Shown here: piece after piece, positions 1-5,294 of the stretch
Layout of the letters: each line of letters opens with the position of its first letter
How positions within the stretch are numbered: the stretch's first letter is position 1
Source: a virus
Taxonomy: Duplodnaviria; Heunggongvirae; Uroviricota; Caudoviricetes
DNA length: 5,541 bases
Direction: 5' to 3' (one strand)
Virus record (IMG/VR): IMGVR_UViG_3300029619_000123
Notes under the pieces: model-generated
The model's input: the letters and a program-made list of their open reading frames with translations, nothing else
What the model was told of the DNA's origin: nothing
Databases searched by the model: none
Program-made: the position numbers and the translations under genes

Positions 1-404
1 AGGTTTAATTCCCGGCGCATAAAGTCCAGCAGAATCACACCAGCCTGCATCTTGTCAGCAGCCTGTCCGGATAATTTTTCCGGTGCGCTGGTTACCATGT
101 CGAAAGTACGGATCACCTTCAGATGGAATGACGGGCTGATCCACATTGCATAGGCATACACCAGTTCTTTGCAGACATACGTCCCCTGGTTATTTCCGCC
201 ACGAATAACGTTAACTGGCTCTATATTGACCGAGTTGCAAATCTGCAACTCGCTTATTAAACGCTCAGTTTGCTCATTGCGGAGCCAGAATGCGGGCTTA
301 TGCTTATCCAGAGAACCAGCAGCCCTGTGCAGATCGTTCAGGCTGTAACGCCCATAAGCATCACGACGAACTTCAATACCATCAATAACCATCAGATTAT
401 TCAT
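1..404 (-). CDS. KilA-N domain protein (putative phage antirepressor/regulator); partial, C-terminus beyond window start
   Basis: Reverse-complement translation from ATG at 404-402 gives MNNLMVIDGIEVRRDAYGRYSLNDLHRAAGSLDKHKPAFWLRNEQTERLISELQ..., open to position 1. SD-like GAGGAGAAACG lies just upstream (rc of 408-418). KilA-N assignment is from memory of the family. Absent from the ORF track because it runs off the window. Confidence 0.75.
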   Translation of the reverse strand, partial: MNNLMVIDGIEVRRDAYGRYSLNDLHRAAGSLDKHKPAFWLRNEQTERLISELQICNSVNIEPVNVIRGGNNQGTYVCKELVYAYAMWISPSFHLKVIRTFDMVTSAPEKLSGQAADKMQAGVILLDFMRRELN

Positions 405-423
405 ACTTCGTTTCTCCTCTTAA

Positions 424-558
424 TCAGGCGGCTGCACCCGCCGCGCTCTGGAATTTGCGCCCCGCCGCGCTTATCAGGCTCTTACCAGCAAACGCCCCTT
501 TGTTGGGGTGTCGCCAGTACGTGTTCACGCTGGGCGGGAAAGGCAGGATCAGCTTCAT
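424..558 (-). pseudogene. RusA-like Holliday-junction resolvase N-terminal remnant (44-aa ORF, truncated relative to ~120-aa family)
   Basis: rc 558->424 translates MKLILPFPPSVNTYWRHPNKGAFAGKSLISAAGRKFQSAAGAAA*. The LPFPPSVNTYWRH stretch resembles the RusA N-terminus (ITLPWPPSNNRYYRH, recalled from memory). ATG overlaps the upstream gene stop as ATGA; SD-like GAGGGG upstream. The stop falls only about 20 nt before the KilA-N start, so the C-terminal two thirds of a RusA are absent. Confidence 0.4.
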
Positions 559-881
559 ACTTTCAGGCCCCTCTCATGTAACCAGTGGGCTGCACGCAGT
601 CTGGCGTTTTCCTCACCGGCAAGCAGTGCGCGGATAATCCCGGCTGCCTCGCTGTCGTCGTCCTTCACTGTGGTATGAAGCGTGATACCCCGGGCCACGC
701 CACGCTTTATCGTGATGACGCCTTTTTTCTCCAGTGCGCGAAGATGCTCCACCGCTGCATTCACCGAACGGTATCCCAGCATGGCTGCCACCTCCTGATT
801 GGTTGGCGGGAAACCACGTTCTTTCTGATAAGAAATCAGCATATCCAGCACCTGCTGCTGGCATTGAGTTAACGTCGTCAT
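555..881 (-). CDS. LexA N-terminal DNA-binding-domain-like protein (108 aa) lacking an S24 peptidase domain
   Basis: From ATG at 881: MTTLTQCQQQVLDMLISYQKERGFPPTNQEVAAMLGYRSVNAAVEHLRALEKKGVITIKRGVARGITL... aligns along its length with the LexA winged-helix domain ([58 protein letters not shown]..., from memory), followed by a ~40-aa tail with no GDSM/KR protease motifs. ATG overlaps the upstream stop as TAATG. The track start at 914 is a GTG; ATG at 881 preferred. Confidence 0.75.
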   Translation of the reverse strand: MTTLTQCQQQVLDMLISYQKERGFPPTNQEVAAMLGYRSVNAAVEHLRALEKKGVITIKRGVARGITLHTTVKDDDSEAAGIIRALLAGEENARLRAAHWLHERGLKV

Positions 882-1369
882 TAAGCCCACACGTAATTCC
901 CTGACAGATACCACTCATCACCCGATACAGCGCGCTTGCTGCTTTTCCGTAAGCCCCGCTCACGGCGCGCCAGAAAATTGTTTCGTTCTGACTGGGAGTG
1001 GCTTTCACGGAATGCCGCCATCCACACGGTTGCAGCACGACGGTATAAGCCCCTGGACTCCAGTTCTTCAGCCTGGCGGGTCAGGCACAAAATTACCCGG
1101 GGATCGTTAGTGCCGACATAGAAATTGCGCACAGGTCTGGTTTCACGAACTGGTTGTGGTTCCGGCTCCTGCGCTCTCTCAGTCAGGCGCGGGAAATGTC
1201 TGCGTGTATTTCCTTCACAACGGTGAGCCACACGCCCACTCTGACGTAACTTGCTTGCTGACTGCAGAACGCGCTGCCGTGAGTAACCTGCAAAAGCATC
1301 TGCAATGTCTCCGGAAGTACACCCCGGATGGGCTTCAATGAATTTCTGAACTTCATTCAAAAGACTCAT
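881..1369 (-). CDS. PerC-family transcriptional regulator-like protein with an N-terminal extension (162 aa)
   Basis: ATG at 1369 with AGGGGG SD about 6 nt upstream. C-terminal half contains AEELESRGLYRRAATVWMAAF, matching the PerC/Pch signature (LE..GLWRRAA..W, from memory). The N-terminal ~60 aa (MSLLNEVQKFIEAHPGCTSGDIADAFAGYSRQRVLQSASKLRQSGRV) looks like a separate small domain. Confidence 0.65.
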   Translation of the reverse strand: MSLLNEVQKFIEAHPGCTSGDIADAFAGYSRQRVLQSASKLRQSGRVAHRCEGNTRRHFPRLTERAQEPEPQPVRETRPVRNFYVGTNDPRVILCLTRQAEELESRGLYRRAATVWMAAFRESHSQSERNNFLARRERGLRKSSKRAVSGDEWYLSGNYVWA

Positions 1370-1371
1370 GA

Positions 1372-2190
1372 TTACCCCCTGAATCCTGCCGGGATCTGGC
1401 TGTAGTCCACGTTGTCGTAACTGGGTTTGAAGTACGGGTCCTCGCGTCTGGCTGCAGATACCGCAGGAACTTCCCAGGATTCTTCGAAATGACGATCCGG
1501 ACCAAAGAACGTGACAGCCTGTTTCACAAATTGTGTGCCGCTGTTACCCATCGCAGATACCCAGCCCGCGTAGCGTTTCACACCTTCCAGCATGGTTTCG
1601 GGTTTTACCCCCTCATTCAAACGGGCTTTCCAGGCTTTGAAGGCTGCAGATTTTGAATTGCCACCAGCACGTTTGGGGTATGCCAGCCATGCCTGCTCAA
1701 ACTCCGGAGAGTATTCCGGTCGGTTTGAACGAACTCGCACAGACTCATCAGCAGATGCACCAACAGCTATTGGTTCATTGACTGGTTCTTTGACTGGTTC
1801 AAAAGAGTGACTGGTTCTGGGTGAATCTCCTGCACCACCCCCTGGTGCAACTCCTGCACTACCTGGTGAATTTGCTGCACCAGATAGTGAATTATTTGCA
1901 CTACCCCCTAGTGAATCTCCTGCACCATCAAGATGAAGGAGATAGATATTACTTGAGTTACCTTTTTCACCTTTCCGGGTGACTTTTTTTACCAGCCCGG
2001 AATCACAAAGGGCCGCAATATGATTCATCACAGAACGTTTGCTAATCTCGCACTGGTCAGCAATATGCTGGTAGCTGGGCCAGCACTCACCCTGATCGCT
2101 GGCATTATCAGCCAGCTTGATCAGAACCAGTTTTCGCAATGGATTACCCACTCGAATTTTCATCGCTTTAACCATCAGCTCCATACTCAT
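1372..2190 (-). CDS. Phage replication initiation protein: N-terminal HTH domain, repetitive linker, DnaT-like C-terminal domain (272 aa)
   Basis: First ATG in frame is at 2190 with strong GGAGGT SD about 6 nt upstream; the track start at 2229 is a TTG. N-terminus MSMELMVKAMKIRVGNPLRKLVLIKLADNASDQGECWPSYQHIADQCEISKRSVMNHIAALCDSGLVKK is HTH-like. C-terminus ...DYSQIPAGFRG resembles the C-terminus of E. coli primosomal protein DnaT (...SQIPPGFRG, from memory). The Gly/Ser/Ala/Pro-rich linker is encoded by the iteron-like repeats. Confidence 0.85.
   Translation of the reverse strand: MSMELMVKAMKIRVGNPLRKLVLIKLADNASDQGECWPSYQHIADQCEISKRSVMNHIAALCDSGLVKKVTRKGEKGNSSNIYLLHLDGAGDSLGGSANNSLSGAANSPGSAGVAPGGGAGDSPRTSHSFEPVKEPVNEPIAVGASADESVRVRSNRPEYSPEFEQAWLAYPKRAGGNSKSAAFKAWKARLNEGVKPETMLEGVKRYAGWVSAMGNSGTQFVKQAVTFFGPDRHFEESWEVPAVSAARREDPYFKPSYDNVDYSQIPAGFRG
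1771..1816. repeat. Short direct repeats GACTGGTTC x3 (plus a partial TGGTTC) adjacent to the iteron block
   Basis: gactggttc at 1780-1788, 1792-1800 and 1808-1816; tggttc at 1771-1776. They encode the EPVKEPVNEP segment of the replication protein. Confidence 0.4.
1821..1927. repeat. Five direct ~17-bp iteron-like repeats (GTGAAT-CTCCTGCACCA family) inside the replication gene; candidate origin of replication
   Basis: Copies at 1821-1837 (gtgaatctcctgcacca), 1846-1862 (gtgcaactcctgcacta), 1866-1882 (gtgaatttgctgcacca), 1887-1903 (gtgaattatttgcacta), 1911-1927 (gtgaatctcctgcacca); first and last are identical. Spacing 20-25 bp, about two helical turns. A moderately AT-rich stretch follows at about 1930-1990. 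Confidence 0.6.
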
Positions 2191-2423
2191 GCTGCACCTC
2201 CGAGATGCTTCATGTTTTTTCCGGAGCAAAAGGCTATAAGCGGCATACTGATGCGGTAATTACGGCCCAGCGGTTCACAAATCACCTTCTGACATTCACG
2301 GTCAACCAGGCTAACACGTAGAACATGCCCTGCAGGCGTGGTGTACCACTGCCCAACTGTAGGAATTGATGTTTTTTTACGCTGAAGCAAACGGCAAATA
2401 TTGAGGATCAACGGATTAAGCAT
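2187..2423 (-). CDS. Hypothetical small protein (78 aa), no family recognised
   Basis: ATG at 2423 with GGAGG SD about 9 nt upstream. Start overlaps the 278-aa ORF stop by 8 nt; its TGA overlaps the replication gene ATG (ATGA). Translation: MLNPLILNICRLLQRKKTSIPTVGQWYTTPAGHVLRVSLVDRECQKVICEPLGRNYRISMPLIAFCSGKNMKHLGGAA. Confidence 0.55.
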   Translation of the reverse strand: MLNPLILNICRLLQRKKTSIPTVGQWYTTPAGHVLRVSLVDRECQKVICEPLGRNYRISMPLIAFCSGKNMKHLGGAA

Positions 2424-3252
2424 GACGATGCCCTCCGCTGATATTCAGGAGACGGTGAATATGAAAATTAGCCTTATCCGCCAGACGAATACGTTCAGCC
2501 TGCAAGTTAAGAAGGGTTTCTACCAAAACCTGATGCGCCTGCGGATCCGAAAGAGTTACCTTGCGCAGAGCACGTAGTGCAGTTGTTACATAACTGAGTT
2601 TATGTAAGTCTTCATCATTCAGACGAGTGAGGGCTGGGACAGTAGCCATGATGGCAGCCTCCGATAACAGTGAATTACCTTCACCACCGGAAACGCCAAT
2701 TTCGCTGGTGGTGAACTGAACGGGGTTGGCGTAACCGGCGTTATCGGAAACCGGCGCACCTTTCGGTGCCCCCGTCCAGCCCACCATAATTTGGGTGTGC
2801 ACAGACACAGACGATAAAAAAGACGCTGGCGCGTCATATATCGCCGATAACATTTCCAGGACGCCAATCCCGTCACCCGCTTTATAAGGTGCCTGAACAG
2901 TGTAACGTCCCGGAATGGCAGAATCAATGTGCTGGTGGTCCTTCACACTCAACAAAATCACGCCTGAATTTCCACAAAGGACTAAAGCACTCATGCGGGT
3001 AGTCTTTGCGAAGATAGATAACGCGCTGTGTTTCTGGTTCCCAACGAATAACATGGACATAAAGCCCTCTTCCGTCACGAAACCAGCGGTTAAGTTCCCG
3101 CACAACTCGCCCCCCACAGTCAGGTAAAGTTCTCTGTGGTTACTTACAGCCAGGTGATTTGGTAATCTGCATTCATGCCGTAACAACAGGTGTTCAGCGA
3201 CACTGACCACCAGCTGTTGCGACAAACGGTTATTTGCCGTTAAACTGTTCAT
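2416..3252 (-). CDS. Hypothetical protein (278 aa), no family recognised; accessory gene in early operon
   Basis: Longest ORF in the region, same strand as neighbours. ATG at 3252 overlaps the upstream gene stop (ATGA); GGAG SD about 10 nt upstream. No Walker A, HNH, DPPY or other motif I can recognise by eye. Confidence 0.7.
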   Translation of the reverse strand: MNSLTANNRLSQQLVVSVAEHLLLRHECRLPNHLAVSNHRELYLTVGGELCGNLTAGFVTEEGFMSMLFVGNQKHSALSIFAKTTRMSALVLCGNSGVILLSVKDHQHIDSAIPGRYTVQAPYKAGDGIGVLEMLSAIYDAPASFLSSVSVHTQIMVGWTGAPKGAPVSDNAGYANPVQFTTSEIGVSGGEGNSLLSEAAIMATVPALTRLNDEDLHKLSYVTTALRALRKVTLSDPQAHQVLVETLLNLQAERIRLADKANFHIHRLLNISGGHRHA

Positions 3253-3812
3253 GCGTTAGTTTCTCCACAGACACAAAACGCCACGACGCCCGGAGCTGCA
3301 CACTCGCGGGCGTCACTCTTTTCTGGAGCGCAAAAGATTTTGTAGACCAGTGCTGCATGCTCTTGGAGCTTCGAAATTGACAGATACAACTCATCATTAA
3401 TTGCTGTCTGCTCGTGTGGCTCCACGACCCCATCTTCGATTGCCGAACGAATCTGCTTTGAGTAATTCCCGATCTGTTCGATGACTTCCAGCAGGCGCTG
3501 GTTTATATCGGCGTTCTCTACTTCCTCAATTTCAGGAAGCGATACGAACACCCCACCAGCAGACTGTGCGACAGCATCCGCAATGTAGTGAGTGTCAGCC
3601 GCGCGCTGTAAAACCATTGCCCATCCCAGCGGGAAAATCTGATCGCCATCGGCACGAAGGCGGTTAAATAATGCGTTCTCTGTTACATCCAGCCAGTCAG
3701 CTGCTTCAGCGTAACCACCCGGCAACGCTGCGATAGTTTTTCTGACAGCTTTCACGTACCACTCAGGCTGTTTTTCTACTTTCCAGTGATACTTACCCAC
3801 GGTTAGCCTCAT
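3249..3812 (-). CDS. Putative CII-like / YdaT-like early regulatory protein (187 aa); function assigned mainly by position after cro
   Basis: ORF begins at ATG 3812, 31 bp after the cro-like stop. Contains an HTH-like segment (GGYAEAADWLDVTENALFNRLR). Size and position match the CII(CP76)/YdaT-like proteins that follow cro-like genes in enterobacterial prophages (from memory, not verified). SD is weak. Confidence 0.5.
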   Translation of the reverse strand: MRLTVGKYHWKVEKQPEWYVKAVRKTIAALPGGYAEAADWLDVTENALFNRLRADGDQIFPLGWAMVLQRAADTHYIADAVAQSAGGVFVSLPEIEEVENADINQRLLEVIEQIGNYSKQIRSAIEDGVVEPHEQTAINDELYLSISKLQEHAALVYKIFCAPEKSDARECAAPGVVAFCVCGETNA

Positions 3813-3843
3813 CGTTCTGTGGTTAAAAATTGAAGGTGTTCTG

Positions 3844-4044
3844 TTAATCTTTCGGATAGATATCCGGTCTTAAGTCAGATTTCGTAATTGCACCTGACGT
3901 GCATTGCTCAAGTTTTTTCGCCAGCACAAAACTGGCTTTTTTATAACCATTGAAAACCAGCCGTAAGTAGCCAGGTGTTGAGCCAACTTTTCCGGCCAAC
4001 TCGCCCTGCTGTTCTTTGGTTAAAGAGTCCCAATACGCTTTCAT
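3844..4044 (-). CDS. Cro-like HTH transcriptional regulator (66 aa; YdaS/Cro family-like)
   Basis: ATG at 4044 with GGAGGT SD (rc of 4054-4059) upstream. MKAYWDSLTKEQQGELAGKVGSTPGYLRLVFNGYKKASFVLAKKLEQCTSGAITKSDLRPDIYPKD contains a classic HTH (QGELAGKVGSTPGYLRLVFNG). Divergent from the repressor gene. The track start at 4149 would overlap the repressor gene and lacks an SD. Confidence 0.8.
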   Translation of the reverse strand: MKAYWDSLTKEQQGELAGKVGSTPGYLRLVFNGYKKASFVLAKKLEQCTSGAITKSDLRPDIYPKD

Positions 4045-4134
4045 ACAATATGTACCTCCAGTATACATATTACATGATTGAAATGAACCTTCAAGGTACT
4101 TGTACCTTATCGGTACAAAGGTTTTAATTTCGTT
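4045..4134. promoter_or_regulatory. Divergent cro/cI intergenic control region with operator-like palindromes and candidate PR / PRM promoters
   Basis: 16-bp palindrome AAGGTACttGTACCTT at 4093-4108 with perfect 7-bp arms. Second inverted repeat ATATGTA-n9-TACATAT at 4048-4070. Further GGTAC half-site at 4112-4116. Candidate PR on minus strand: -35 TTGAAG (rc of 4089-4094), 16-bp spacer, -10 TAATAT (rc of 4067-4072). Candidate PRM -10 TAATTT at 4126-4131, just upstream of the cI ATG with no SD, suggesting a leaderless cI mRNA as in lambda. Confidence 0.6.
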
Positions 4135-4809
4135 ATGAAAACAATCCATGACATCCGGCGGTCTAACGCCAGAAAACTGAGAGATGGTGTTGGCGGAAAT
4201 TCATCCTTTGCCACCATGATTGATCGCGAGCCAACCCAAACCAGCAGGTTTATGGGGGATGGCGCTACTAAAAATATCGGTGACAGCATGGCACGGCACA
4301 TCGAAAAATGTTTCGACCTGCCTGTCGGATGGCTTGATCAAGAACACCAGACAACGAACATCACAAAAAAACCTGATGTTTCAATCACTAACAAACAAAT
4401 AACGTTAGTCCCTGTCATATCATGGGTACAGGCCGGAGCATGGAAAGAAGTTGGCTATTCTGAGGTTGATTTGAGCACAGCAGAAACGTATCCCTGCCCT
4501 GTACCCTGTGGCGAAATGACTTATATCTTGCGGGTGATTGGTGATTCAATGATTGATGAGTACCGCCCTGGAGACATGATTTTTGTTGATCCCGAAGTCC
4601 CTGCCTGCCACGGTGACGACGTTATTGCATTGATGCACGATACAGGCGAAACCACCTTCAAGCGATTGATAGAAGATGGAACACAGCGTTATCTCAAAGC
4701 ATTAAACCCAAACTGGCCTGAGCCTTACATTAAGATTAACGGTAATTGCTCTATAATTGGTACAGTGATTTTCTCGGGAAAACCAAGAAGATACACAATA
4801 AAGGCCTAA
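4135..4809 (+). CDS. CI-like prophage repressor with C-terminal LexA/S24 peptidase autocleavage domain (224 aa)
   Basis: S24 hallmarks all present: Ala-Gly cleavage site (VQAGAW), catalytic Ser motif (VIGDSMID), catalytic Lys (TTFKRL). N-terminal region ends with a ...LPVGWLD segment typical of repressor DNA-binding domains. Divergent from cro-like gene. Confidence 0.9.
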   Translation: MKTIHDIRRSNARKLRDGVGGNSSFATMIDREPTQTSRFMGDGATKNIGDSMARHIEKCFDLPVGWLDQEHQTTNITKKPDVSITNKQITLVPVISWVQAGAWKEVGYSEVDLSTAETYPCPVPCGEMTYILRVIGDSMIDEYRPGDMIFVDPEVPACHGDDVIALMHDTGETTFKRLIEDGTQRYLKALNPNWPEPYIKINGNCSIIGTVIFSGKPRRYTIKA

Positions 4810-4821
4810 TCAATATTTATG

Positions 4822-4846
4822 AACCTGCTTCGGCAGGTTTTTTTAT
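4822..4846 (+). terminator. Rho-independent terminator downstream of the repressor gene
   Basis: AACCTGC-TTCG-GCAGGTT perfect 7-bp stem with TTCG tetraloop, followed by TTTTTTT, starting 13 bp after the cI stop codon. Confidence 0.8.
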
Positions 4847-4848
4847 AC

Positions 4849-4876
4849 TTGACAATGTACCTATGAGATACATAAT
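4849..4876 (+). promoter_or_regulatory. Candidate PL-like sigma70 promoter with operator half-site in the spacer
   Basis: -35 TTGACA at 4849-4854, 16-bp spacer, -10 CATAAT at 4871-4876. The spacer contains TGTACCT (4856-4862), the same heptamer found twice in the cro/cI intergenic region (4051-4057, 4102-4108). Confidence 0.5.
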
Positions 4877-5294
4877 GTATCCAAAAGAAACATGAGGCAG
4901 GCAAGATTCAAACAAAATTTGGTTGTAACACGGCGTATGGCACATGCGTCGTTAGCGGTCTGGGGACGTTAAAGGGGACAATCCACTCCTTGCTAGGGCA
5001 AACAAACCAGGTAGCCGGAATGTGCAAGTCAATGATGATGCTGATAAGACGCCTAACCAGCGTGGCGATCCGGTTTGACGCCTGGGAAGAGACCAGGGTG
5101 CAACGATGAGGGCATTTATGGAGCCGCGACAAAGTGTGGTGCCGTAACTGGCTAAGTGCTCTCAGCGTTGTGGTCATCCGCGAAATGGCGCGGCGGTAAG
5201 TATGGCTGGGTTACTCTTTCCCCGTTGAGGACACCGGATTGTCAGGTTGACCATACGCCTGAGTGACAACCCCACCACAACAGCCACTGCTTTG

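Noticed and set aside
270-581. 103-aa + strand ORF from the track
   Set aside because: Antisense to the KilA-N gene and the RusA-like remnant; no SD; Pro/Ser/Arg-rich translation typical of a GC-rich antisense frame.
455-637. 60-aa + strand ORF from the track
   Set aside because: Antisense to the RusA-like remnant and the LexA-DBD-like gene; no SD; no coding support.
585-872. 95-aa + strand ORF from the track
   Set aside because: Fully antisense to the LexA-DBD-like CDS, which has clear homology support.
882-914. Longer LexA-DBD-like CDS starting at 914 (track start)
   Set aside because: The codon at 914-912 is GTG and would overlap the PerC-like gene by 34 nt. The ATG at 881 forms a TAATG stop/start junction and aligns with the LexA N-terminus.
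613-1038. 141-aa minus-strand ORF from the track
   Set aside because: Alternative frame overlapping both the LexA-DBD-like and PerC-like CDSs; low-complexity Gly/Ala/Ser/Arg-rich translation.
936-1121. 61-aa + strand ORF from the track
   Set aside because: Antisense to the PerC-like CDS; no SD; no coding support.
1156-1341. 61-aa + strand ORF from the track
   Set aside because: Antisense to the PerC-like CDS; no SD; no coding support.
1592-1810. 72-aa + strand ORF from the track
   Set aside because: Antisense to the replication initiator CDS across its repeat-rich linker; the open frame is explained by the repeats.
2191-2229. Extended replication-gene start at 2229 (track start)
   Set aside because: The codon at 2229 is TTG with no SD. 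The first ATG (2190) has a strong GGAGGT SD and an ATGA junction with the upstream ORF.
2020-2259. 79-aa + strand ORF from the track
   Set aside because: Antisense to the replication initiator N-terminus and the 78-aa ORF; no SD; no coding support.
2619-2927. 102-aa minus-strand ORF inside the 278-aa gene
   Set aside because: Different frame of the same region; Arg/Pro/Trp-rich translation; no SD; the 278-aa frame is longer and coupled to its neighbours.
2915-3127. 70-aa + strand ORF from the track
   Set aside because: Antisense to the 278-aa CDS; no SD; no coding support.
3230-3433. 67-aa minus-strand ORF from the track
   Set aside because: Alternative frame inside the CII/YdaT-like CDS; no independent support.
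3813-4134. Canonical LexA (SOS) boxes CTGT-N8-ACAG in promoter regions
   Set aside because: The nearest candidates (ctgtggttaaaaattg at about 3817; cagtatacatattacatg at about 4060) deviate from the consensus at key positions. No convincing SOS box was found by eye; a PSSM scan would be needed to be sure.
4045-4149. Longer cro-like ORF starting at 4149 (101 aa)
   Set aside because: Would overlap the repressor gene start and the operator region. The ATG at 4044 has a GGAGGT SD and gives a typical 66-aa Cro-like protein.
4107-4301. 64-aa minus-strand ORF from the track
   Set aside because: Antisense to the 5' end of the repressor gene and overlapping the operator region; no coding support.
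4220-4402. 60-aa + strand ORF from the track
   Set aside because: Alternative frame inside the repressor gene; no independent support.
4908-5177. 89-aa minus-strand ORF from the track
   Set aside because: No SD, odd composition, and antisense to the candidate PL transcript; treated as noncoding, though not excluded.
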